Shown: positions 17,298 through 29,277 of the stretch, piece by piece
How the letters are laid out: the number at the start of each line of letters is the position of its first letter
Numbering within the stretch: position 1 is the first letter of the stretch
NCBI GenBank assembly: GCA_964633985.1
Contig: CAZWKD010000002.1
Location: 15,375-79,374 of the forward strand
From: an uncultured Acidimicrobium sp.
GTDB lineage: Bacteria > Actinomycetota > Acidimicrobiia > Acidimicrobiales > Ilumatobacteraceae
DNA length: 64,000 bases
Direction: 5' to 3'
Notes under the pieces: model-generated
What the model saw: only the letters and a program-made list of their open reading frames with translations
The model's database searches: none
What the model was told of the DNA's origin: nothing
Position numbers and translations under genes: made by a program

Positions 17298-18632
17298 TTA
17301 CTGCGGGAGCACTGCCTCGTTGGCGCAGCCGTCGATTGCTTTGAGCAGCGGGAAGGGATTGATCGCTGCACCACCTTGTGGATGGATCTCGAAGTGCAGG
17401 TGGGGCGAACCCGCGTTACCCGTCGACCCGTTGTATCCGATGATCTGTCCCGCGCGCACAGGGGTGCCGTTGGAGATTCCTGGCGCGAATGAATCCAGAT
17501 GTGAGTAGTAGAAGTAGGTGCCATCGGCGATGGTCAGGCGGATTGCATTGCCACCAAGAGCAAGACCGGTGTAGGTGCGTGTGATGACACCGTCCATGAC
17601 TGCGTAGATCGCGAGACCACGTGCACCGATGACGTCGGTTCCCTCGTGTGTGCGACCGCCGCTGCGGGGCTCACCCCACGAGTCGACGAAGGAGCAACGA
17701 CCCTGCATCGGAAAGACACGCATCTGGGGCAGACCGAGTTGCTCGAGTGAGGGAATCAGGCCGAGAGCTGCTGCGGTCGGTGCATCCAACGCACCAGATG
17801 CGTTGAGTCCACGCGCCTGCTGGAACGAGCTGATCGAAATTGAAGTAGCCGCACCGAACACACCGTCGGCTCCGCCTTTGACTTGCACACCGTTCGCGAT
17901 CAACGCATTTTGCAAAGCGCGAACGTTCTCGCTGGTCTCACCACGACGCGGGAGGTTGGACAACGTAATGCCCGCAACTGGAGCAGGTGCCGCCACAACG
18001 GGAGCCGGAGCAGCAGCAGGAGCCGGAGCAGCAGGAGTCATGGCCGAGATGGCATTCATCGTCGCTTGGTCGACGTCACCCGTGATGGGAAGACCGCGGC
18101 GCTTCTGGAACTCGCCGACAGCGGCACGGGTGCCCTGACCGAACACGCCATCGGCACCGCCGCGCAAACCGATGCCATCACGGAGCATCGCCTGCTGAAT
18201 CTGACGCACCGTCTCACCACGGTCGCCCACCTTGAACACGGGAGCGGATGGTGCCGCGACGGTCACCGCTGCTTGAACGACAGTCGCCGCAGGTGCCTGC
18301 TTGGCGGGCACCACGACGTTGCCAAGACCGAGAAACTTCGCAGTGCGCGCGTCGACGCGCCCCGTGGGACGGAAGCCAGCAACCTTCTGCAGACTGCGCA
18401 GCGCCGACCGAGTGGCCTCGTTGAAGCTGCCGGTGATGCCGCCGCGCAGGGTGAATCCACGCGCAACGATGGCCTGCTGGAGACGAGTGACGTCAGGGCT
18501 GGTGTCGCCCAATCGGGGAAGTTGGGGCTGGACGGCCTGCACCGTGGCGGCGGAGGTGCCCTCGACCACTGCATTGAAACCCATGCAGGAGATGACTCCG
18601 GCGAGGATGGCCTTGCGAACTGCTGACTTCAT
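17298..18632 (-). CDS. Secreted M23 (LytM-type) peptidase with three peptidoglycan-binding (PG_binding_1-like) repeats
   Basis: Signal-like N-terminus. Three repeats of the type G(D/E)xxxxVxxLQxAL...GxxDGxFGxxTxxAVxxFQ. C-terminus has HEGTDV and GSPHLHFEIHP. Confidence 0.85.
   Translation of the reverse strand: MKSAVRKAILAGVISCMGFNAVVEGTSAATVQAVQPQLPRLGDTSPDVTRLQQAIVARGFTLRGGITGSFNEATRSALRSLQKVAGFRPTGRVDARTAKFLGLGNVVVPAKQAPAATVVQAAVTVAAPSAPVFKVGDRGETVRQIQQAMLRDGIGLRGGADGVFGQGTRAAVGEFQKRRGLPITGDVDQATMNAISAMTPAAPAPAAAPAPVVAAPAPVAGITLSNLPRRGETSENVRALQNALIANGVQVKGGADGVFGAATSISISSFQQARGLNASGALDAPTAAALGLIPSLEQLGLPQMRVFPMQGRCSFVDSWGEPRSGGRTHEGTDVIGARGLAIYAVMDGVITRTYTGLALGGNAIRLTIADGTYFYYSHLDSFAPGISNGTPVRAGQIIGYNGSTGNAGSPHLHFEIHPQGGAAINPFPLLKAIDGCANEAVLPQ
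18001..18036. repeat. 18-bp tandem duplication (2 units, 17/18 identical) inside the Ala/Pro linker of the M23 peptidase
   Basis: GGAGCCGGAGCAGCAGCA followed by GGAGCCGGAGCAGCAGGA. Encodes the PAAPAPAAAPAP linker on the minus strand. Confidence 0.6.
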
Positions 18633-19688
18633 GATGTGCTCCCTGGCTTGGTGTGAGATCCGCTGAAGGGATCGGCCCGGGAACGGGGCATCTTGAGAGA
18701 AATGTGACCTGAAATGTTGGGACCATCACTCTGAGTGGTGAAATGGCTCAAAAACGCCCGGAGAAGCACCCGTGGTGGGGATGACGGGTCTATTGGGGGT
18801 GCCGAGAACTACGGTGCTCAGCCGTGGTGGTGACCCCGAGCCGTTATGTCTGGATCGCCAGATTTGCCCTGATCATGCTCGTGGCCATCGTGATCACGGG
18901 ATCAGTGGTGCGCCTGACCGGCTCAGGTCTGGGCTGTGTGGATTGGCCTGAATGCAACGAGGAGCGATTCATCGACGTCTCGTCGGGTCATGCCGCAATC
19001 GAGCAGGTCAACCGCCTGTTTACCGGTCTGGTGGCCTTGTCGGTGATTCTTGCCTTGGGGACTTCTCTGCTGATGCGACCTCGGAGTAGGCGACTCGTGG
19101 TGTTGTCAATCGGGCTCGTGGTCGGCGTACTCGCTCAGGTGGTCATCGGGGGAATCGTGGTCCTCACCGGACTTCATCCATCGAGCAACATGGTCCACTT
19201 CTTGGTCTCAGTCGTCCTCGTAGCGATGTCGCGTTGGTTGCTGAACGAAGCGCGACGCCTCGCGGGACGAGGAGACGCGAACAACACGGTGCCGAGGACG
19301 TCACTGTGGGGCAGCGCACTGATGCTGTCCACCATCGCCACCATCGTCGCGGGCACGGTGGTGACGGCGACGGGGCCCCATGCCGGGGACGAGAACGCTC
19401 CACGATTCGACTTGGATCTTCGGTCGACGGTGCAGGTCCATGGAGTCCTTGCGTGGATCACGGCAATCCTGCTCCTCTACGGAATTTGGAAATCGTTCTC
19501 CGACTGGCGCGCGCTGCGACGTTCCATCGAGGTGATGCTCGGCGTGTTTCTCGCTCAGATGTTCGTGGGCTATCTGCAGTACTTCAGTGGAGTTCCCGCT
19601 CAGCTGGTCGCGCTTCACATCGCCATCAGCATGGGGGTGGTGATCACCACGATGGACGTGATGTGGCAATGCAGACCCAGATCCGAAA

Positions 19689-22145
<2,457 letters not shown>

Positions 22146-22150
22146 GCGAG

Positions 22151-22792
22151 ATGCGTATCGTGGCCATTGACGGGCCAGCCGGGGCCGGAAAATCCACCAT
22201 TGCCCGCTTGTTGGCCGAGAAGATCGGACTGATGTATCTCGATACGGGAGCGATGTATCGAGCGATCACCCTGTTGGCACAAGATTCGGGAGTCGACCTG
22301 GCAAGCGACGAGAAGATGTCAGCTCTGCTCGATGATTCTCAGATCTACGTCGGCAAGACCACCGTCTCGATAAATGATCTCGATGTGACCACTCGTATCC
22401 GATCTCAAGAGGTGACAGCGGGGGTGAGTGTGGTGGCTTCGTTGCCTGGTGTACGACAGCGTCTCAGGACGTTGCAGCGAGAGTGGGCCGGGCGCATCGG
22501 TGGAGGCGTGGTCGAGGGTCGCGATATCGCCACCGTCGTGTTCCCTGAAGCGTGTCTGAAGGTCTTCCTTACCGCCAGTCCACACGAACGGGCGAGGCGT
22601 CGGGTCGAGCAAGCCGGAGGGAAACTTGAGGAGGTGGAAGCGGCGATAACGGAGCGAGACTCACGCGACATGTCTCGCCAGGACGGACCGTTGAAACCCG
22701 CCGAAGATGCCGTCGTAATCGACACGACGGGTCGGACGATCGAGGAAGTGTTGAACGAGATGGCCAGTCTCTTCGGAGAACGTTGTGGCTGA
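22151..22792 (+). CDS. cmk: Cytidylate kinase
   Basis: MRIVAIDGPAGAGKSTIARLLAEKIGLMYLDTGAMYRA. ATG 22151 lies within track ORF 22139..22792. Confidence 0.9.
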   Translation: MRIVAIDGPAGAGKSTIARLLAEKIGLMYLDTGAMYRAITLLAQDSGVDLASDEKMSALLDDSQIYVGKTTVSINDLDVTTRIRSQEVTAGVSVVASLPGVRQRLRTLQREWAGRIGGGVVEGRDIATVVFPEACLKVFLTASPHERARRRVEQAGGKLEEVEAAITERDSRDMSRQDGPLKPAEDAVVIDTTGRTIEEVLNEMASLFGERCG

Positions 22793-23465
22793 AGTTGCCT
22801 CCAAACTTGCTGGCGACGGGTTCGCGGCCCGTGTCTTCTACCGTTTGATCAAGGGTCTCGTCGTGTTCCTGGCCCGCTCTTTACTTCGCGTCGAATACAT
22901 CGGTCTCGAACATGTTCCCCGAACGGGATCGTTCATCGTCGCGCCAACGCACCGTTCACTGCTGGACATTCCTGTGGCGGCAGGTGTCACATCACGGCGT
23001 ATGCGCTTCATGGGCAAGGACGCATTGTGGAAGGTTCCCATCTTCGGACGCTTCCTTAGTGCACTTGGAGGGTTTCCCGTAACGCGCGGTTCAGCCGACC
23101 TGGAGGCGCTGAAGCGATGCATCGGCGTGCTGCAAAACGGCGAACCGCTGGTGCTCTTCCCCGAGGGGACTCGACACGAAGGTCCAGTCATTGCTGAGCT
23201 GTTCGACGGTGCGTCGTTCGTGGCGGCGAAGGCGGGAGTGCAAGTCATTCCCGTGGCTATAGCAGGTACGGAGATTTCTTTCCCTAGGTCTCCCAAGCAC
23301 ATCGCCAAGTGGCGCTGCACGGTCATCGTCGGTAGACCAATTGGATACGCCAACGCCGGTCGCCAATCACGTGAAGACATGGCGTTGTTGACAGGACGTC
23401 TACAAGGAGAGTTGCAGTCGCTCCTCGACGAGGCAAATCGCCGCGTGTCTCAGCGGCTCAAATAG
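22785..23465 (+). CDS. plsC: 1-acyl-sn-glycerol-3-phosphate acyltransferase family
   Basis: APTHRSLLD (HxxxxD) and LVLFPEGTR motifs. Overlaps the cmk stop by 8 nt. Confidence 0.75.
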   Translation: MAEVASKLAGDGFAARVFYRLIKGLVVFLARSLLRVEYIGLEHVPRTGSFIVAPTHRSLLDIPVAAGVTSRRMRFMGKDALWKVPIFGRFLSALGGFPVTRGSADLEALKRCIGVLQNGEPLVLFPEGTRHEGPVIAELFDGASFVAAKAGVQVIPVAIAGTEISFPRSPKHIAKWRCTVIVGRPIGYANAGRQSREDMALLTGRLQGELQSLLDEANRRVSQRLK

Positions 23466-24685
23466 GCAGCTGCGAGCCTCGCGAGCGACTCCACGTCGTT
23501 CGCGTGCACCAATTCACGGATCGAATGCATTGACCATTGGGGTACACCGACATCCACCGTGTCGATTCCCAGCCTGGTCGCTGCGATTGGGCCGATCGTC
23601 GATCCACACCCCACATCGTTGCGTGATGAGAATCTCTGGAGCGCGATGCCAGCTCGACGGGCTGCATCAGCCACCACGGGAAGAGAGCGAGGCGAGGTCG
23701 CGTAACGCTGGTTGACATTGACCTTCACCGCGACTCCGCCACCGATCATCGGAGCATTGTCCAGGTCATGCTTTTCAGGGTGATTCGGATGTACACCGTG
23801 ACTGTTGTCCATGGAGAGCAACGTCGACTTGCTCACGCCAGTCAAGTAGTTCGTCCGCGAGCCGCCTACCACGTATACGAGTGATTCGAGGACGTGCTCG
23901 ACGATCGCAGATGCGGCTCCATCCGGAGATGATGAACCCACCTCTTCGTGGTCGAACAATACGACCATGCTTGGTTGGTCGGTCTCCTGCGCCAGAAGGG
24001 CATGCATCGCCGCCCAACATGAAATCTGATTGTCGAGTCGAGGAGAGGAGATGAATTCCGATCCCTTACCCAGTCGAGTTCCGGGTTGGACATCGACGAG
24101 CTGCACCGACATGGCATCGATGTCGCCTACGGCGATACCTGCGGCATCGGCGATCACGTTGGTGACGTCTGCTGGCTCCACTGACCACACGGGACTGAGA
24201 TGCCGATGTCGGTCGACGACATGGCCCCGATCGTTGATTTCACGATCGAGGTGAATTGCCAAGTGGGGTAAACGCGCGATAGGTCGATCGATGTGGATGA
24301 GACGTTCGACTTTGTCGCGACCCACGACGGTTCCCGCAACGCCGAGGTCACGATCGAACCAACTCGACAAGATCGGCGACCCATAGACCTCTACCGACAG
24401 TTGCCCATGATGCAGCGACATCCGATTCGGATTTGGCTTGAGGTGTAGTCCTGGAGAGTCGGTGTGGGCTCCGATGAGTCGTGCGCCACGAGCGCCGAAC
24501 TCGTCCATGTTGCGCCACGCCAGAAGCAGTCCAGAACGACGAACAAAACCAGCCTTTGGAGATGGCGAGAGGAGGTCATTCGCCTCGAGAAAGCCCTGTG
24601 CAACGAGCCGATCCGCCCAGAGCGCGACGACGTGGCTGGGTGTGGGGCAGCGATCGATGTCGTGGATCAACGAATCGGCGTTCAC
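23450..24685 (-). CDS. M18-family (aspartyl) aminopeptidase
   Basis: IGAHTDSPGLHLKPNP, FDHEEVGS, MDNSHGVHPN and SMHSIRE. GTG 24685 overlaps the upstream stop (GTGA). The track ORF extends to 24739. Confidence 0.8.
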   Translation of the reverse strand: MNADSLIHDIDRCPTPSHVVALWADRLVAQGFLEANDLLSPSPKAGFVRRSGLLLAWRNMDEFGARGARLIGAHTDSPGLHLKPNPNRMSLHHGQLSVEVYGSPILSSWFDRDLGVAGTVVGRDKVERLIHIDRPIARLPHLAIHLDREINDRGHVVDRHRHLSPVWSVEPADVTNVIADAAGIAVGDIDAMSVQLVDVQPGTRLGKGSEFISSPRLDNQISCWAAMHALLAQETDQPSMVVLFDHEEVGSSSPDGAASAIVEHVLESLVYVVGGSRTNYLTGVSKSTLLSMDNSHGVHPNHPEKHDLDNAPMIGGGVAVKVNVNQRYATSPRSLPVVADAARRAGIALQRFSSRNDVGCGSTIGPIAATRLGIDTVDVGVPQWSMHSIRELVHANDVESLARLAAAYLSR

Positions 24686-24981
24686 TGGAGCGACGCGCCG
24701 TCCTTGTCGATTTTCAGTGATCGACCGAAGAACTCGCATTCCAGACTCGTCAACGAACCCGAACTGGCCTGTGCACGTGCAGCATCTATGCAGCTATTCA
24801 GGCTGTCTCGCTGACTGAAGAATGCCCAACCCAACGCTCCGCAGACGATCAACAAGATCAGCTTCGTGACGATCGACTTCGCGAATTTCAACACGAGAAG
24901 CGCCACGAACACCGAACCGCCGAGAGCGACGAGGGAGAAATTCTTTGCTGATTCTGCGTCGAAGTTGGAGAGGTTCACCAT
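24682..24981 (-). CDS. Small two-TM membrane protein, function unknown
   Basis: 99 aa with TM segments LVALGGSVFVALLVLKF and LILLIVCGALGWAFF. Translationally coupled to the M18 peptidase gene. Confidence 0.45.
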   Translation of the reverse strand: MVNLSNFDAESAKNFSLVALGGSVFVALLVLKFAKSIVTKLILLIVCGALGWAFFSQRDSLNSCIDAARAQASSGSLTSLECEFFGRSLKIDKDGASLQ

Positions 24982-25008
24982 GAAAGTCTGCCACTACGCT
25001 TTGCCCCA

Positions 25009-25440
25009 ATGTCGGACGTACATTTTTCAGGCAACAAACCGCCCGAGGTAGTGCTGCCCACCGAGCCACGTCCGATTCTCGAGAGGTTGGCCGCGGCGGC
25101 TCCGGGCCAGGTCGGCAGAGGAACCGTTGCCGAGGTGGTCGTGCAACACCCGACCTCGTTGAACGCGTGGGCCGAATATGGCGATCGAGCACGTGACGAT
25201 CTGGAGCGCTACATGGCCTACCGCATCGGGTATCACCGCGGACTCGACGCATTGCGGCAAAACGGATGGCGTGGGTCGGGTTATGTCCGTTGGCAGAACG
25301 AGTCGAATCGTGGATTCTTGCGTTGTCTTGCAGGATTGACCCGCTCAGCGAGTCTGATAGGGGAGACGGGTGAAGCGGATCGATGCCGCACGTTCCTCGC
25401 GCAGTTGGACCCCTCGACCAACTGGGACGAACTTGTTTGA
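25009..25440 (+). CDS. Conserved actinobacterial protein (resembles the DUF3151 family, from memory)
   Basis: 143 aa: ...NAWAEYGDRARDDLERYMAYRIGYHRGLDALRQNGWRGSGYVRW... The long antisense ORF 24794..25924 is rejected. Confidence 0.6.
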   Translation: MSDVHFSGNKPPEVVLPTEPRPILERLAAAAPGQVGRGTVAEVVVQHPTSLNAWAEYGDRARDDLERYMAYRIGYHRGLDALRQNGWRGSGYVRWQNESNRGFLRCLAGLTRSASLIGETGEADRCRTFLAQLDPSTNWDELV

Positions 25441-25984
25441 TCGAGTCGGAGTCGTCCTTGCGGGTGGACGAAGTAGTCGTTTCGGCAGTGACAAGTTCTT
25501 CCATCTCGTAGATGGTGTGGAAATGGGCTTGCGGGCAGTACGTGCCATGGCGCCTGCAGTAGATCGACTTCTCGTCGTTGGACGGGAAACCATTCCGGAA
25601 TCGTGGGGGGCTACTGCGGTCTTCGGTGTACGCGAAGGAACCGGCCCAGTCGGCGCAATCCTCGATGCCGCGGATCACTCGCCTGCTCAGACGTACATCG
25701 TCATGCCATGCGACATGCCATTTTTCGGCAGCACTGCCGTAATCGAGTTGTGTGATGCATTGACGTCCGACGAAACGCTTGCCGTCTTTGCCACAGTGTC
25801 GCACCAGACCGAACCGCAATGGCTGGCAGCTGGCTGGAAGATCGACGCGATCCACGAGATTCTTGAGCCATTTTTCGAGCATGGCGGGCGCAGCGTTCGC
25901 GACGTCGCACAGGACGTTCCCCACAAGTTGGTCAGTCTTTCCGCGCGTGAGTTGATCAATGTCAATGAGTTGGCGGACGCATGA
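25433..25984 (+). CDS. mobA: Molybdenum cofactor guanylyl/cytidylyl-transferase (MobA-like NTP-transferase)
   Basis: VGVVLAGGRSSRFGSDKF and MPCDMPF motifs. I chose the TTG 25433 start (8-nt overlap with the upstream gene); the track start 25370 is possible. Confidence 0.65.
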   Translation: MFDRVGVVLAGGRSSRFGSDKFFHLVDGVEMGLRAVRAMAPAVDRLLVVGRETIPESWGATAVFGVREGTGPVGAILDAADHSPAQTYIVMPCDMPFFGSTAVIELCDALTSDETLAVFATVSHQTEPQWLAAGWKIDAIHEILEPFFEHGGRSVRDVAQDVPHKLVSLSARELINVNELADA

Positions 25985-27123
25985 CGTTTCGTTGGATAGA
26001 GGACGACAAGAACCTGCAGGAGTTTCTCAATGTCGGACACGACGGACGATATGCGATCGATACCGAGTTTCATCGTGAACGCACTTATTTTCCGCAGCTC
26101 GCTTTGGTGCAGGTGCGCCTCGGGAACCAGATCGGTTTGGTCGATCCGCTTCGCTGCAACGTGAGCCTCCTGTCGTCACTCTTCGACGATGAATCGACCT
26201 GCGTCCTTCATGCTGGTGCTCAGGATCTCGAGATACTCGCTCGTGTGTGCGGTCGACTTCCCAAGAACGTGTACGACACGCAAATCGCTGCAGGCTTCCT
26301 GGGGGCAACGCAGGTTTCACTGGCCTCTCTCGTGAATGAAGTGCGCAAGATCGTGTTGCCGAAATCGGACCGTCTCACCGATTGGCTGAGACGTCCACTG
26401 ACACCTGCTCAACTCGACTACGCCGCCAGTGACGTCGAACACCTTTTCGAGATCCACGATCATCAGATCGACGCACTCACCAACCTTGGTCGTGTCGAGT
26501 GGGTCGCGGATGCATGCTCCAAACTGGTCCAACGCGCGAGTGGAGAGCCCAATCTCGATGACGCTTGGATGAAAGTGAAGGATGCGCGGTCCCTTCGCGG
26601 GGAAGCTCGCGGTGTCGCTCGCAGCCTTGCCCGCTGGAGAGAACTTCGCGCGATGCAATTGGACATCCCCGTACGTCGCGTGATGTCCGACATGGCGCTC
26701 GTCAGCATCGCTCAAGCACGGCCAACCACGGAGTCGGCGTTGCTCGGTTGCAGGGGAGTGGAAGGCAGACAGTTCGGGACTGATGCGACTCAGGAAATCC
26801 TCGCCGCCATCCGCACCGGTGCCGACGAAGTGTTCGAGCCTGGTGAGACGAAGCGGTTCGACATCGATCCTCGGCAACGCGCAGCAGTCCCGCTGATCGT
26901 GGCATGGGTCGCGGAACGCGCTCGCCAATCAGAACTCGACCCTGCTTTCCTCGCGACACGACAGGACATCGACGAGTATCTCGGCGGTATGCCTGATGCC
27001 CGACTGCGTCATGGCTGGCGAGCCGACCTCCTCCTCGATGACTTGGACGGCCTGGTCAACGGCTCACTCGCCCTGAGTGTGGATGACCGGGGTCGCCTAC
27101 GCCTGAGCCCACATACTCAGTAG
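25981..27123 (+). CDS. rnd: Ribonuclease D (DEDD 3'-5' exonuclease + HRDC domain)
   Basis: YAIDTEFHRERTYFPQLALVQV, LHAGAQDLE and QLDYAASDVEHL. The start overlaps the mobA stop. Confidence 0.8.
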   Translation: MTFRWIEDDKNLQEFLNVGHDGRYAIDTEFHRERTYFPQLALVQVRLGNQIGLVDPLRCNVSLLSSLFDDESTCVLHAGAQDLEILARVCGRLPKNVYDTQIAAGFLGATQVSLASLVNEVRKIVLPKSDRLTDWLRRPLTPAQLDYAASDVEHLFEIHDHQIDALTNLGRVEWVADACSKLVQRASGEPNLDDAWMKVKDARSLRGEARGVARSLARWRELRAMQLDIPVRRVMSDMALVSIAQARPTTESALLGCRGVEGRQFGTDATQEILAAIRTGADEVFEPGETKRFDIDPRQRAAVPLIVAWVAERARQSELDPAFLATRQDIDEYLGGMPDARLRHGWRADLLLDDLDGLVNGSLALSVDDRGRLRLSPHTQ

Positions 27124-27231
27124 GGCTCGTCAGTGCCCCATATCGGCATTCGCCTCCCGCTACGATGTAGGTCAATGTTCATCGCGTAAGCGGTCCTTGG
27201 GTCCGCTACTAGAAGCAACGGAGCCCAGACA

Positions 27232-27420
27232 GTGAAGAAGGGACGCCATCGGCGGTTCGAAGAAGCGCGCAAACTCAAGCAGTCGGGGCCGTCCCCCGAG
27301 GACTTGGGCCTTCGTGGCAAGTCGCGTGAACCGCAGTCGGAAGAGGATGAATACGCCGCAATTGCTGAGCGTTACGGGGTTCGCTTCGATGATGACGAAG
27401 ACGAATCTGACGAAGACTGA
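27232..27420 (+). CDS. Small protein with basic N-terminus and acidic C-terminus, 12 nt upstream of typA
   Basis: 62 aa with a GTG start: (M)KKGRHRRFEEARKLKQSGPSPEDL...RFDDDEDESDED. It loosely resembles small actinobacterial DUF3073-type proteins (from memory, unverified). Confidence 0.4.
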   Translation: MKKGRHRRFEEARKLKQSGPSPEDLGLRGKSREPQSEEDEYAAIAERYGVRFDDDEDESDED

Positions 27421-27432
27421 CTAGCTGCTCCC

Positions 27433-29277
27433 TTGTCTCCAGTAGGTTCCCCCATTCGTAACGTTGCGCTCGTGGCGCACGTCGACCACGGAAAGACGAC
27501 CCTCGTCGATTCGTTGTTGCGCTACACCGGTGCTTTCGCCGCCCACCAGGCAGTGGTGGATCGCGTCATGGACAACAACGACCAGGAACGCGAACGCGGA
27601 ATCACGATTCTGGCCAAGGCCGCTCAGATCAACTATCGGGGTACCTGCATCAATCTGGTGGATACCCCTGGTCACGCCGACTTCGGTGGGGAAGTGGAAC
27701 GTGCATTGGCCCTCGTCGACGGGGTGATCCTGCTCGTGGATGCCGCCGAGGGACCGCTTCCGCAAACGCGTTACGTCTTGGGGAAAGCGCTCAGGCGCAA
27801 CCTTCCCGTCATTCTGGTGATCAACAAGGTCGACCGCCAAGATGCCCGGCCCGCTGAGGTACTGGAGGAGGTGGAGCAGTTGTTCCTCGACTTGGCCCAA
27901 CGCGACGACCACCTGTCGTTCCCGGTCATCTCTGCAATTGCCCGTGATGGTCAGGCCGTCGCCGGCATCGGTATGCCCGGACCGTCAGACGATCTTCATC
28001 CCATGCTCGATGCGGTGCTCGAGCACGTCGCGGCTCCCGCCCCCAACGACGATGCACCCTTGAAGGCCCTCGTCACCAACCTTGATGCGTCGGACTATCT
28101 CGGTCGCCTCGGTATAGGCCGAGTAGCCGCGGGACGACTGCGCAAGGGCGACACCGTGGCGGTCATTCAGCAATCATCAGCAGACGGAACACCCCAGATC
28201 GTCAAGAGACGTCTCACTGGTTTGTTCAAGTTTGCGGGTATCAGCAGAGTCGAGGTCGAGGAAGTCGGCAGTGGAGATCTCTTCATCGCTGCGGGGATCG
28301 AGGAAATCCAGGTCGGAGACACGATCTCTTCGGTGGATGACACGACGCCGCTCCCGCGTCTGGAAGTCGATGAACCTGTCTTGCGAATGACTTTCGGCGT
28401 CAACACGTCACCGATGGCAGGCAAGGAGGGCAAGTTCCTCACCAGCCGTCACCTCCGTGAACGTCTGCGCCGCGAAGTGCTCGGAAACGTGAGCATCAAG
28501 ATTGACGAGTCAGCGAACTCGGAGTCGGTGATGGTGTCTGGGCGCGGTGAGTTGCAGTTGGCAGTGCTGATCGAAAACATGCGACGCGAGGGCTACGAGC
28601 TGCAGGTGAGTCGGCCCGAGGTGGTCACCCGTGAGATCGATGGAAAACTCCATGAACCACTCGAATCCGGAACGTGTGACGTCCCGGATGAGTACGTAGG
28701 CGCGATCACTCAGGAACTTGCACCGCGTAAGGGCAGAATCCTCGACATCGGGCCAGGAGATCCGGGGCGCACGATCGTTTCGTTCGAAGCCCCTTCGCGT
28801 GGTCTGCTCGGGTTCCGCTCGGCATTGCTGACGCTCACTCGCGGCACGTCGCTGTTGCACCAGTCTCTCGCCGGTTGGACACCGTGGTGCGGCGAATTGC
28901 CGCATCGCAAGGGAGGAGCAATGGTGGGTGATCGCCTCGGTACTGCAACTGCGTACGCTCTCGACAACCTTCAGTTGCGCGGGACTCTGTTCATTTCACC
29001 CGGTGACGAGATCTACGAGGGAATGGTCGTGGGGGAGAACGCACGTGAGGACGAGATGGTCGTCAACGCCGTTCGTGCCAAGGAGAAGACCAACATTCGC
29101 ACGCACAGCCATGACGAGGGGATCAAACTCGCGAGCCCCAAGATCCACACGCTCGAAACCGCCATCGAGTGGATTGCCGACGACGAATTGGTGGAAGTGA
29201 CGCCTACCAAGGTGCGCATTCGCAAGCGATTCCTCGGGCTCGAGGATCGACGCCGTCAGGCCAAGAAGACTCCCTAG
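27433..29277 (+). CDS. typA: Translational GTPase TypA/BipA
   Basis: IRNVALVAHVDHGKTTLVD, DTPGHADFGGEVER and NKVDR, at full TypA length (614 aa). Confidence 0.95.
   Translation: MSPVGSPIRNVALVAHVDHGKTTLVDSLLRYTGAFAAHQAVVDRVMDNNDQERERGITILAKAAQINYRGTCINLVDTPGHADFGGEVERALALVDGVILLVDAAEGPLPQTRYVLGKALRRNLPVILVINKVDRQDARPAEVLEEVEQLFLDLAQRDDHLSFPVISAIARDGQAVAGIGMPGPSDDLHPMLDAVLEHVAAPAPNDDAPLKALVTNLDASDYLGRLGIGRVAAGRLRKGDTVAVIQQSSADGTPQIVKRRLTGLFKFAGISRVEVEEVGSGDLFIAAGIEEIQVGDTISSVDDTTPLPRLEVDEPVLRMTFGVNTSPMAGKEGKFLTSRHLRERLRREVLGNVSIKIDESANSESVMVSGRGELQLAVLIENMRREGYELQVSRPEVVTREIDGKLHEPLESGTCDVPDEYVGAITQELAPRKGRILDIGPGDPGRTIVSFEAPSRGLLGFRSALLTLTRGTSLLHQSLAGWTPWCGELPHRKGGAMVGDRLGTATAYALDNLQLRGTLFISPGDEIYEGMVVGENAREDEMVVNAVRAKEKTNIRTHSHDEGIKLASPKIHTLETAIEWIADDELVEVTPTKVRIRKRFLGLEDRRRQAKKTP

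Noticed and set aside
18633-18823. Possible cyclic-di-AMP (ydaO-type) or other riboswitch in the 191-nt leader of the M23 cell-wall hydrolase
   Set aside because: I wrote out the reverse complement and looked for the conserved ydaO core elements (ACGGGG...GGGGUGAA...CCGAAUCC...AGCUAACCUCG type). None was present. Only a 5-bp hairpin (GATCC...GGATC) was seen. A covariance-model scan would be needed for a definitive answer.
24794-25924. 376-aa minus-strand ORF
   Set aside because: It is antisense to two recognisable plus-strand genes (the DUF3151-like gene and mobA). Its product is extremely Arg/Cys/Pro-rich.
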